Positions 17,161 through 26,360 of a DNA stretch of 248,000 nt are shown in pieces. The notes below the pieces were generated by a model. That model was not told the DNA's origin, ran no database searches, and worked only from the letters and a program-made list of their open reading frames with translations. The position numbers were made by a program, and so were the translations under genes. Within the stretch, counting starts at the first letter, position 1. Each line of letters opens with the position of its first letter. This DNA is from Hyalangium minutum (GTDB lineage: Bacteria > Myxococcota > Myxococcia > Myxococcales > Myxococcaceae): contig NZ_JMCB01000013.1 of the NCBI RefSeq assembly GCF_000737315.1, positions 20,001-268,000 on the forward strand. The letters run 5' to 3'.

Positions 17161-18090
17161 ATGCCTCCAGAATCCCTGCTTGTCGTTGGAGTAGGAGACA
17201 TCCATGGGCGCTTCCACCGGGTGGAGGCGTGGATGGATGCGCTGGAAGCGGCGCGCGGTCGCTCCGTGGATTTCATGGTGGCGGTGGGGGACGTGGAGGC
17301 GTTCCGGCGGGCGGATGACCACCGGCGCAAGGCGGCCAAGCGCGCCATGCCAGCCGAGTTCGCCGAGTACGCGGACGGCACGCGGCGGATGAAGCGGCCG
17401 CTGTACTTCATTGGCGGCAACAACGAGGACTTCGAGGCACTGCACGACCACCCCGAGGGTGTCGAGCTCGCACCGAACGTGCACTACCTGGGGCGGGCGG
17501 GGCTGCGGCACGTGAGGGGGCTGCGGGTGGGCTACCTGTCGGGCATCCACGCGCCGCGCTTCTTCGAGCAGCCCATAAAGCGGCCCACGTCGCTGGATTC
17601 GGCGAAGCAGGCGGGCTACTTCCGCACGCCCGAGGTGGAGAAGGTGACGGGGATAAGGGACGTGGACCTGTTCCTGGTGCACGAGTGGCCCCGGGGCATC
17701 GTCCAGCGCGCCCGGGACGAGGCGCTGCCCTCCTCGCGGCCGCTGCCGTCCTACTGGATTGGCAACCCCATCACCCGCAGGCTGGTGGACACCATCCGGC
17801 CGAGGTGGGTGCTGTGTGGGCACTCGCACAAGGGGTTCGCCGTGTCGCTGGGCGGCGAGGGCCACCGGCCGGTGACACGCATTGCCTGCCTGGATCAGGC
17901 TGCCCGGCCGGAGGAGGCCGTGTTCTGGCTGGAGTACGAGGGCCGCGAGCCCGTGCGTGCGGGGTGGGGCCTCTCGGGCGAGGTGGCGTGGAAGGCGGGA
18001 GAGACGTGGAACCTCACGCGCCTGCCGGCCACCCCGCCTCCCCGTGTCTCCGAGGACGCAGGCGAGATGGAGGAGCACGAGTCTCCCTGA
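17161..18090 (+). CDS. Metallophosphoesterase, Dbr1 (lariat debranching enzyme)-like
   Basis: GDIHG, GDVE, FIGGNNE, APNVHYLG, HEWPRGI, GHSH. Confidence 0.8.
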   Translation: MPPESLLVVGVGDIHGRFHRVEAWMDALEAARGRSVDFMVAVGDVEAFRRADDHRRKAAKRAMPAEFAEYADGTRRMKRPLYFIGGNNEDFEALHDHPEGVELAPNVHYLGRAGLRHVRGLRVGYLSGIHAPRFFEQPIKRPTSLDSAKQAGYFRTPEVEKVTGIRDVDLFLVHEWPRGIVQRARDEALPSSRPLPSYWIGNPITRRLVDTIRPRWVLCGHSHKGFAVSLGGEGHRPVTRIACLDQAARPEEAVFWLEYEGREPVRAGWGLSGEVAWKAGETWNLTRLPATPPPRVSEDAGEMEEHESP

Positions 18091-18096
18091 GCGAGC

Positions 18097-21000
18097 TCAG
18101 GCGTTCGTGGTGGGCTCCTCCGGAAGGGAAGGCGGGCCCGCGGGCTGCAGCAGCACCTCGAAGGTGGTGCCCTGGCCGGGCGTGCTGCGCACACGGATGT
18201 CTCCGCCCATGGCCTTGACGTAGGTGTGGCACAGGGACAGCCCCAGCCCCGTGCCCATCCCCACCGGCTTGGTGGTGAAGAAGGGATCGAAGATGCGGGG
18301 CAGCACCTCCGGCGGAATGCCCGTGCCGGTGTCGCTTACCTCCACCCTGAGCGGGCCCGCCTCTTCCTGCCGCGCGGTGAGGCGGATCTCGTGCTGGTCC
18401 GCGTGGCCCTCGGGGATGGCCTGGGCCGCGTTCACCAGCAGGTTGAGGAACACCTGGCCCAGATGCGTCTCGTCTCCCATGACCCAGAGCGGCCCCGTGT
18501 AGTCCTTCACCAGCCGGGCCCGGTGGCGGATCTGCCCGCCCGCCATGGAGGCCGCCAGCTCCAGCACGGGCGCCAGATCCACCTGCGTGGGCTGCCGCGG
18601 CTTCGCTCGGGAGAACGTGCGGAGATCCTGGATGATGCGGCTCATCCGATCGGCACCTTGCAGTGCCTCGGCGAGCGCCTGCCCCACCTCCTCCATCCGC
18701 TCGCGGTCCTCCGGGGGCACGTGGAGCGCACGCACCTCCGAGTCCACGAAGTGCAGGTTGGAGATGACGAAGGACAGCGGGTTGTTCAGCTCGTGGCCCA
18801 CGCCTGCGGCCAACGTGCCCACCGCTGCCAGCTTCTCCGCGTGGACCAGCCGCTCCCGCGCGTCCTGCAACTCCTGGACGTGGGCCTGCAGATCCGCGTT
18901 CACCGTGGCCAGCTCCTCGGTGCGCTGGGCCACGTGGGACTCCAGCTGGCGCTCGCGGCGGCCGGCCTGGCGCAGGCGCAGCCACACCAGGCCCGCCACG
19001 GTCAGCACCACCGCCAGCCCGCCCATCGCCCGGAACCACCCCGTTTGGTGGAAGCGAGGTTTCAGCTCGAACATCAGCTCCACGCCCGGGGCCGCGCCAC
19101 CTCCGTCCGCGTACTCCGCCTCCACGAGGAACCGGTAGCTCCCCGGCGGCAGGCTCAGGTACCAGGCCTCGCGCCGGGTGCCGGCCTGGACCCAGTCCTC
19201 GTCCGCCCCCTCGAGCCGGAAGCGGAAGCGCACCTGCTGGGGTGCGCGCAGGCCCGCCGAGGTGTAGCGGATCTCCACCCGGCCCTCACCCCGGGGGATG
19301 GAGCCCCGCTCTGACGGAGGGATGGGACGTCCGTCTACCCTCAGCTCTTCAATGAGCACCGGAGCCGGGGGCAGCCGCGCGGCCTCGGGGCCCGGCGTAT
19401 ACGCGACAGCGCCGCGGATGGTGGGGAACCAGAGCCGGCCGCTGCGATCCCGCCACCCAGCGGGGGCACCCAGGGCGTTGCACTCCGCCGAGCGCATCCC
19501 ATCCTCCGCGCCATAGACGCGCGGGGTGAGGTGCACGAGCCGGCCCTCGGCCACCGCGTCCAGCTCCGCCTTCGACACGTGGGAGATGCCCTTGTTGCTG
19601 CTCATCCACAGGTCGCCCTGGCCGTCTTCGAGGAGCTGGAAGATGCGGTTGTCGTAGAGCCCGTCCGTCACGGAGAAGCGCCGGAACTGTCCCTCCTTCC
19701 AGCGGAAGAGCCCGTCATCGGTGCCGATCCACAGCACACCGTTGCTGTCCTCGTGGAGCGCCGCGACCTTGCTGTTCAGGGGCCCGCGCTCGGGCGCCAG
19801 CAGGGTGCTCCGCCCCTGGAGGAGGTGGGCCAGCCCGCCGTCCCGGGTGCCCAGCCACAGGCCTCCGGCGGCGCTGGCACGCAGCAAGCTCAGGTCCTTT
19901 CCAGGGAGCCCGCCCTCGGGCGTGAAGGGCTCGAAGCGCTCCCCGGTTCTGCGCGCCAGTCCCGTGGGCGTGCCCACCCAGAGGGTGCCCTGGGCGTCCA
20001 CCTCCAGGTAGAAGGCGCGCACGTCCGTCAGTCCCTGTGCCTCGCCGTATGCGGTGAACGTACCGTCGCGCCAGCGGTTGATGCCGCTGCGCGTCCCCAC
20101 CCACACGTTGCCTTCCGGGTCCTCCGCGAGCGTGCGGACGCGATCCAGGACGAGGCCGTCGCGCGGCGTCCAGGACGTCATCGTCCCGTCGCTCTGCATG
20201 CGGGTGACGCCGCCTCCCAAGGTGCCGAACCAGATGCTGCCGTCTCGCATCTGGCGGATGGTCAGCACCATGTCGCTCCCCATGCCCTCCAGTGGCCCGT
20301 AGGGCGTGAAGGGCGCGTCCTTGAGGCGGTGGAGCCCTCGGGCCTCCGTGCCCACCCACAGGTTGCCCTCGCGATCCTCGAGCAGCGTGCTCACCAGGCA
20401 GCCTTCCAGCGGGTGCCCGCGAGGCAGCTCCGAGAGCTGGCCGTGAGACCACCGCTGCAGCCCTCGGCCCAGCGTCCCCATCCAGAGTGTGCCAGCCCGA
20501 TCGAAGAGCATCAGGCCAATGGGAGCACCGGCCGTGCCTGCTCCCGGCACCGGCCGCATGACTCCGTCCACGAGCTGGTAGACGATCCCCGCCTCGGTGC
20601 CGGCCCAGAGCGTGCCCCGCGAGTCGAGGGTCATTGTCCGCACTGTGACGCGCTTCTGGCCTTCGAAGGGCAAGGGCGCCGTCCATGCGGTCCCATCCCA
20701 TCGCTGCAGGCCTCCCTCGCTGCCCGCCCAGATGCTGCCCTGCTCGTCCTCCACAAGCGCCAGCACCGTGTCGTTGGCCAGCCCGTTGGCCACGGTCCAC
20801 GTCCGCAGCTTCCCGTCGGAGACTCGCGAGATGCCGTGCCCATCCGAGGCCACCCACAGACTTCCGTCGCGGGTGGCCAGCAGCTCGTTGGGGCTGGAGA
20901 GGGCCTTGTCCGGCGGAGCGGCCAACGCGAAGAAGGTGCCCTCCCGGAAGCCTGCAATGCCCTCGGTGGTGCCGATCCACAGCGTCCCATCCGGCGCGAG

Positions 21001-21282
21001 CTCCAGGTTCCGCACGGAGCGGCTGGGCAGGGCGTGGGTGTTCGCCGGCTCGAAGACGGTGAAGTTCACCCCGTCGAAGCGGACCAAGCCCTCCCAGGTG
21101 CCGCTCCACAGGTAGCCGTCCGGCGTCTGGGCCATGTCCAGCACGCTGTTCTGCGGCAGCCCCTCCGCCGTCTGCCACGCCCGGTGGGGGAACTGGAGCA
21201 GGGCCTTGTCCGGGTCCAGCGCCCAGGCATGCCCCCAAGCTCCCAGCACGGCTCCCAGCAGCAGGATCCCCCGCAGGCTCAT
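18097..21282 (-). CDS. Sensor histidine kinase with two-component regulator propeller and Y_Y_Y domains
   Basis: GLPQNSV..GYLW repeats, YRFRLEG, HELNNPL, GMGTGLGL. Confidence 0.9.
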   Translation of the reverse strand: MSLRGILLLGAVLGAWGHAWALDPDKALLQFPHRAWQTAEGLPQNSVLDMAQTPDGYLWSGTWEGLVRFDGVNFTVFEPANTHALPSRSVRNLELAPDGTLWIGTTEGIAGFREGTFFALAAPPDKALSSPNELLATRDGSLWVASDGHGISRVSDGKLRTWTVANGLANDTVLALVEDEQGSIWAGSEGGLQRWDGTAWTAPLPFEGQKRVTVRTMTLDSRGTLWAGTEAGIVYQLVDGVMRPVPGAGTAGAPIGLMLFDRAGTLWMGTLGRGLQRWSHGQLSELPRGHPLEGCLVSTLLEDREGNLWVGTEARGLHRLKDAPFTPYGPLEGMGSDMVLTIRQMRDGSIWFGTLGGGVTRMQSDGTMTSWTPRDGLVLDRVRTLAEDPEGNVWVGTRSGINRWRDGTFTAYGEAQGLTDVRAFYLEVDAQGTLWVGTPTGLARRTGERFEPFTPEGGLPGKDLSLLRASAAGGLWLGTRDGGLAHLLQGRSTLLAPERGPLNSKVAALHEDSNGVLWIGTDDGLFRWKEGQFRRFSVTDGLYDNRIFQLLEDGQGDLWMSSNKGISHVSKAELDAVAEGRLVHLTPRVYGAEDGMRSAECNALGAPAGWRDRSGRLWFPTIRGAVAYTPGPEAARLPPAPVLIEELRVDGRPIPPSERGSIPRGEGRVEIRYTSAGLRAPQQVRFRFRLEGADEDWVQAGTRREAWYLSLPPGSYRFLVEAEYADGGGAAPGVELMFELKPRFHQTGWFRAMGGLAVVLTVAGLVWLRLRQAGRRERQLESHVAQRTEELATVNADLQAHVQELQDARERLVHAEKLAAVGTLAAGVGHELNNPLSFVISNLHFVDSEVRALHVPPEDRERMEEVGQALAEALQGADRMSRIIQDLRTFSRAKPRQPTQVDLAPVLELAASMAGGQIRHRARLVKDYTGPLWVMGDETHLGQVFLNLLVNAAQAIPEGHADQHEIRLTARQEEAGPLRVEVSDTGTGIPPEVLPRIFDPFFTTKPVGMGTGLGLSLCHTYVKAMGGDIRVRSTPGQGTTFEVLLQPAGPPSLPEEPTTNA

Positions 21283-21366
21283 GGCCCCATCATCCCAAGA
21301 AACACGAAGGGCCGGGCGCCACGATTGGCACGCCCGGCCCCTTGCTTCAGCCCCTACCGAGTGCGG

Positions 21367-22662
21367 TTACCAGGGGCAGTTGACCACTTCCACCGTGCGG
21401 GTGAGCGGGGCCGCGCTGTTGCCGCCGCTGTCCGTCAGCGTGTACTGCACCGTGTAGACGCCCTCGACCCAGCCGTTGGGGAAGCCCGTCCAGTGCGCCT
21501 CGGGGGTGATATCGCCGTAGCAGGTGTCGAACGCCGTCCAACCCGGATCCACCCACTGGCTGCCGCACTGGTGGACCATGTGCGTGGGGCCCTTGAGCGC
21601 GAACTGCGGCGGCTTGGTGTCGTTCACCGTCACGTTGCGGATGGCGCTGACCGTGCGGCCCTGAGCATCCCACGCGATGTACTGCACGGGGTAGGTGCCC
21701 TCGGCGCAGGTGGCCGGCCCGGGGCCGTACGCGTCGTGGCCCGAGTTGTAGTAGTGCACCTCGAGATCCGAGCAGTCCGCGTTGAACGCCTGGGCGCCCG
21801 GATCCGTCCACGTCGTCTCACCGCACTCCAGCGTCATGTCCAGCGAGCCGTTGGGCACCAGCAGCGGGCCCGAGCCCGGCGTGCACGCGGAGCTGGTGCT
21901 CATGTTGCTGCTGTTGCGGGTGAGGTTGTTCGGGTTGTTGCTGCACACCTGGCTGTTCACGCACGCCAGCGCCGCGTGGCTGCAGGTGCCGTCCGTGTTG
22001 CAGATGTCCGTGGTGCAGCTGTCGCCATCGTCGCAGCTCGCGCTGCCGCTGCAGGCGGTGGAGACCACCTCGCCGTTGAGCACCACGTCCGCGCGGCGCA
22101 GCCGGTTCTCCGAGCAGCAGTCATCCACCTGGGTGATGACCACGCGGTTGAGCTCGCCCGCCTTGACGTGCGAGGCCAGGTTCGTCGTGCCGCTGCCGCC
22201 CAGGTACACGTAGCTGCCGGGGATCACCAGGCCGCCCGGGTGCTGGGAGTTGTAGATGGTGACGCGCGAGCCGTCGTCCATGCCGGTGAAGCTGATGGTG
22301 AACGTCGTCACGGCCACGTTGGACGGGATGTTCACGAACGTCTGGAAGTAGGTGAAGTCGCCGTACGCCAGACAGGTGGTCGGCGCGCTACACACCCGAG
22401 AGGGAATGTCGAAGTTGATATAGTCCGGGTTCGGCGCCGACACCCAGTCCGGATCCGAAGCGGCCGGAACGCTGGCCACGTCGTACTCACAGTTCTGCCC
22501 GTGCTGCGTGGGGTTGCAGCTGAACCGCACGAGTCCCAGCGGATTGCTGGCCGTCACCTCGTTACCATTGTGCATCTGCCACGGCGAGCGGCTCTGGGCC
22601 GCCGCGGGCAGGGCGAAGAGAACGGCGAGAGTTCCTACCGCGCCTACCAACTTGTTGATCAT
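21367..22662 (-). CDS. Secreted protein with Cys-rich repeat and C-terminal DUF5011/HYR-like Ig domains
   Basis: Signal peptide MINKLV..AAAQ; CDDGDSCTTDIC; W.DPGA.A.D..G.Y.V.Y repeats. Confidence 0.65.
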   Translation of the reverse strand: MINKLVGAVGTLAVLFALPAAAQSRSPWQMHNGNEVTASNPLGLVRFSCNPTQHGQNCEYDVASVPAASDPDWVSAPNPDYINFDIPSRVCSAPTTCLAYGDFTYFQTFVNIPSNVAVTTFTISFTGMDDGSRVTIYNSQHPGGLVIPGSYVYLGGSGTTNLASHVKAGELNRVVITQVDDCCSENRLRRADVVLNGEVVSTACSGSASCDDGDSCTTDICNTDGTCSHAALACVNSQVCSNNPNNLTRNSSNMSTSSACTPGSGPLLVPNGSLDMTLECGETTWTDPGAQAFNADCSDLEVHYYNSGHDAYGPGPATCAEGTYPVQYIAWDAQGRTVSAIRNVTVNDTKPPQFALKGPTHMVHQCGSQWVDPGWTAFDTCYGDITPEAHWTGFPNGWVEGVYTVQYTLTDSGGNSAAPLTRTVEVVNCPW

Positions 22663-22834
22663 CTGGTGTAGCCCCCTCGTCGGAGCGGCCAGCCCGTTCT
22701 GGCCAAACTTTTTGACGCCCAACGTCACAGTACCAGCGTCAAAAGTGGTTCTTACTGTACCGGGAGAGCAGGCTCGATCTCAAGGGGGGAACAGGTATTA
22801 ATCGCGTTTTTCAGATCTTGATAAAGGCGGCCAA

Positions 22835-23203
22835 TCAAGGGGCAGGGAAGAGGTAAGTCTCAATAAAATCAAAGGCTTGCTGATCGTGGGTGATCTTTGC
22901 ATCCACATCCGCCTGCAAGAAAGTACCTCCTGCGCTGAAGGCCTCATCGAAGCTGTGGTGGACGTTGTGTTGGAGTTCGCCAGCAGCGCCATGAGGGTGC
23001 TGCCCCCGTGGGACCAGCCGAGCACGCCCACGCGGTTCATGTCGATGCCGGGCACGGTGGTGAGGACCTGCTGAAAATCTTCCCGGCAGGCGGAGAGAGG
23101 AGCTCGGGCTGGGAGGTGACCGTCCGCTTTGACGGACAGGAATCCGCGCAACCGGCAGACGCCTCCTTCCGATAATGGAGGTATCAGCCACACTGAATCC
23201 CAA
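22835..23203 (-). pseudogene. Remnant of a dienelactone hydrolase-like alpha/beta hydrolase
   Basis: IDMNRVGVLGWSHGG nucleophile elbow plus HHSFD fragment; no plausible N-terminus. Confidence 0.55.
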
Positions 23204-23217
23204 AGGCGGGGTCTGCC

Positions 23218-23355
23218 ATGAACCAGGCTTCCGAAGTCATCAACCTCGAAGAGTTCCGCAAGAGCCGCAACGCCAAGCCGGCCACCGTTCGCGCCACCCC
23301 TCCGACGACCTTCTGGTCGCCCGTCTGGGTGTGGGTCATGGTCTGGTCGGCGTAA
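23218..23355 (+). CDS. 45-aa small protein with Trp/Val-rich C-terminus (below the ORF-track cutoff)
   Basis: MNQASEVINLEEFRKSRNAKPATVRATPPTTFWSPVWVWVMVWSA; purine-rich RBS; GC3-biased codons. Confidence 0.6.
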   Translation: MNQASEVINLEEFRKSRNAKPATVRATPPTTFWSPVWVWVMVWSA

Positions 23356-23361
23356 ACCCTC

Positions 23362-24192
23362 TTAGGTCGAGGAGGGCGCCAGGCCCGCGCTGTGTTTCAC
23401 CAGGATCGCCCGGGAGTACGCCATCGCGAAGCCGAGGCGCGCTGCATTGCGCTCCGTGGGAATGCCCGGCCCCGAGATGATGACGGCAAGCTGGCTGCCT
23501 TGCTCTCGGCCCCGCTCCATCCTGGCGGCGATCAGGGCCTGCTGGACGCCTCGTCCTCGCCACGCGGGCTTCACGGACGTTCCGAACAGGGCAGTGAGGC
23601 CGTCCCGGGACTCGCAGCCCCCCGCGCCAATGGGTTCGCGTCCCTGGCGAGCCAGGAAGGCGTCCTGCACGGGCCGGCGCACGGCCTTCATGCCCAGCTC
23701 CAGGAACGCCGGTGGCAGAGGCTCGCCGTCCTGGAGGAAGCCGCTCTCGGCGACCTCTACGTACTCGCGGACCGCGGCGTCATCCTCGGGGTTGACGCGC
23801 TCGACGGTGATGCCTGTCGGCCAGCCGAGTGGCAGCAGCTCCCGGTAGGAGTCCTTCTCCGAGAGCTTGCGGACCAGCACGTTGGCGAACTGCTGGAGCA
23901 CGAACCCGCGCTGCGCCAGCGCGTTGAGCAAGGCCGGGAGGACGAAGGGGCTCAGCTCCACACGCGGCTCGACGCCTCGGGTGGTGAAGAACGCGATGAG
24001 CTCATCCAGCTCCGCATCGGTGAGCGGCCGCTCGTACCCGATTCCGCAGGCCTTGTTCACGTAGGAGCCGGGGCCATCGCAGGCCAGCCAGCCCTCGGCC
24101 AGGGGGCGGCGTTCCCGGGCCAGCTCCGAGGCGGCGAGCGCCTGCCGGCGTTCCACGAGCCGGGCGATGTCGATGAAGCTCCAGTCATTCAT
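23362..24192 (-). CDS. GNAT family N-acetyltransferase
   Basis: LFGTSVKPAWRGRGVQQALI acetyl-CoA motif. Confidence 0.85.
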   Translation of the reverse strand: MNDWSFIDIARLVERRQALAASELARERRPLAEGWLACDGPGSYVNKACGIGYERPLTDAELDELIAFFTTRGVEPRVELSPFVLPALLNALAQRGFVLQQFANVLVRKLSEKDSYRELLPLGWPTGITVERVNPEDDAAVREYVEVAESGFLQDGEPLPPAFLELGMKAVRRPVQDAFLARQGREPIGAGGCESRDGLTALFGTSVKPAWRGRGVQQALIAARMERGREQGSQLAVIISGPGIPTERNAARLGFAMAYSRAILVKHSAGLAPSST

Positions 24193-24364
24193 GGGCGTAG
24201 GTCCTCTGGCAGTGCGGGTGGCAGGGCTGGGCGTTGAGCATCTTACGGTGACGGTGCGTTTCCACCCCCACCTGGGCGAGAGGGGTGGCTAACGTCACTG
24301 CGCCCCGGGACGCGGTGCCGGTCCGTCTGCTGACGGTGCGCGCCGGGGCGGGAGGATTCACCGA

Positions 24365-25393
24365 ATGCGTGGTGGCGAGAGGCAGCAAGTGTTCGCGGGG
24401 CTTGATCTGGGCGGGACGAAGATCCAGGCCGTGCTGGTGGACGTGGAAGGGAAGGTCGTCAGCCAGTGCCGCCACGCCACCCCGCAGCAGGGCGGCCCAC
24501 AGGTCATCATCGAGGAGCTGTTCGCCACGCTGCAGGAGGTGACGCGGATGGTGAATCTGGAGCCCTCGGCGCTCGCGGGCGTGGGGGTAGGGGCTCCCGG
24601 CGCGGTGGATCCGGTGGCGGGCGTGCTGCTGCAGGCGGGCAACCTCCCCGGCTGGCACGGGCCTCATCCCCTGGCCGAGATCTTGTCGAAGAAGGCGAAG
24701 GTGCCGGTGTTCCTCGGCAACGACGTGCAGGTGGCGGTGATGGCCGAGGCGCGCTTGGGAGCTGGGCGCTCGTACCGTTCGATGCTCGGGGTGTGGTGGG
24801 GGACGGGCGTGGGCGGAGGCATCTACCTGGACGGCCGGCGCTGGACGGGGCGCGGGGCGGCGGGGGAGATCGGCCACATTGTCGTGCGGCGGGGCGGCGC
24901 GAAGTGCTCGTGCGGGCGGCGCGGGTGCATGGAGGCCTACGCAGGCCGGGGCGCTATGGAGCTCAAGGCTCGCAAGGCCGTGGCGCGCGGGGAGAAGACG
25001 CGGCTGTTCGAGCTCATGGAGTCGCAGGGCAAGGACCGGCTCACCAGCGGCGTCTGGATGAAGGCGCTGAAGCAGGAGGATGGCCTGGCCGAGCGGCTGA
25101 TCGCCCGTGCCGTGCGGATGCTGGGGGCCGGCATCGCGTCGGCGGTAAATCTGCTGGATGTGGAGGCGGTGATCATCGGCGGCGGGCTGGGCACGCGGCT
25201 GGGCGAGCCGTACGTGGAGCGCATCATCCAGGCCATGCACCCACACCTCTTCGTGTCCCAGCGGCCTCCGGACGTGCGCCTGTCGGCCCTGGGCGAGCTG
25301 TCCGGGGCCATTGGCGCGGCACTGCTCTCCGAGCCTCCGGCGGCGGGGACTTCTTCGCACCGGAGCTCCCGGTCCGTGAAGGGTGAGGTCTGA
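24365..25393 (+). CDS. ROK family sugar kinase
   Basis: GLDLGGTKI, GTGVGGG, GEIGH, CSCGRRGCMEAY. Confidence 0.9.
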   Translation: MRGGERQQVFAGLDLGGTKIQAVLVDVEGKVVSQCRHATPQQGGPQVIIEELFATLQEVTRMVNLEPSALAGVGVGAPGAVDPVAGVLLQAGNLPGWHGPHPLAEILSKKAKVPVFLGNDVQVAVMAEARLGAGRSYRSMLGVWWGTGVGGGIYLDGRRWTGRGAAGEIGHIVVRRGGAKCSCGRRGCMEAYAGRGAMELKARKAVARGEKTRLFELMESQGKDRLTSGVWMKALKQEDGLAERLIARAVRMLGAGIASAVNLLDVEAVIIGGGLGTRLGEPYVERIIQAMHPHLFVSQRPPDVRLSALGELSGAIGAALLSEPPAAGTSSHRSSRSVKGEV

Positions 25394-25423
25394 TCCCGAG
25401 CCCTCAGAAACGGGCGGGCCGGC

Positions 25424-26332
25424 TCAGAACCGCCCGCTGAGCACCACGCTCCCAGGACCGCCCGACACACTCACCGAGGCCGCGCCTGGAGACGCCTGGG
25501 GCTCGCGGCCGTGGAGCAGCAGCGGCACGGCCACGCCGAACGCCGAGCCCAGCAGCGCGCCCGTGGCCACGTCCGTGAGGTAGTGCTTGTCCGCCGCCAT
25601 GCGCAGCAACGGCACGGTGGTGGCCAGCGGCAGCCCCACGCCCCAGATCCACTCGCGGTGCTTGTACCCGCGCAGCTCCGCCACCGTCCCCGCCGACACC
25701 ACCAGCGCGAACGCCAGGTTCGTGTGCCCGCTGTAGAAGGAGACGTTGTTGTCCGTGGGGTGCTCGGTGAGGGGCTTCTGGTCCTCGGGCAGCACGTGGA
25801 CGAAGGGCCGCTCGCGGTCGGCGAGGAACTTCACCGTCTGGTTCAACACCGAGGACAGCACCGCCGTCTGGATGATGATGCCCGCGTCCTGGAAGAAGAC
25901 GCTCCGGGGCGCGCCGCTCCCGTGACTCAGGGCGTACTGCGCTCCCAGCACACCCACTGGCAGCAGACCGAAGTCCACCACGTTGCTCCATGTGTCCGCG
26001 CGCTTGCGCTGGGCCTCGGTGCTGCCCGCGATACCCCGGCCCCACTTGTCCAGGCCGTTGAGCGAGTCCGTCCCGTCCGCGTTCCGGTCGCACCAGCCAC
26101 ATGTGGCCGAGGCCAGGTCCTTCTTGAGGAAGGCCTCGCTGCCAATCCAGATGAGGGCGCCAACGCCCGTGAGGGCCCCATCCCGGGCCCAGTTGAACCG
26201 CAGTTCATGAATGCCAGAAGCGGGGCTGGCGACGGGCGCAGCCTCGGGGGGCACGGGAGATGCAGCGAGCAGGGAAGCGAGCGCCAGGGCACACGGAGCG
26301 GGAAGCACGGAAGGAAGCATAAACGGCCGCAC
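25424..26332 (-). CDS. PAP2 family phosphatase
   Basis: KFLADRERP, SFYSGHT, RMAADKHYLTDV. Confidence 0.85.
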   Translation of the reverse strand: MRPFMLPSVLPAPCALALASLLAASPVPPEAAPVASPASGIHELRFNWARDGALTGVGALIWIGSEAFLKKDLASATCGWCDRNADGTDSLNGLDKWGRGIAGSTEAQRKRADTWSNVVDFGLLPVGVLGAQYALSHGSGAPRSVFFQDAGIIIQTAVLSSVLNQTVKFLADRERPFVHVLPEDQKPLTEHPTDNNVSFYSGHTNLAFALVVSAGTVAELRGYKHREWIWGVGLPLATTVPLLRMAADKHYLTDVATGALLGSAFGVAVPLLLHGREPQASPGAASVSVSGGPGSVVLSGRF

Positions 26333-26360
26333 CTCGGACGTTCTACACTCCGCTCACGGA

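Noticed and set aside
21326-21345. TGGCACG as a sigma54 promoter
   Set aside because: No GC at the required GG-N10-GC spacing.
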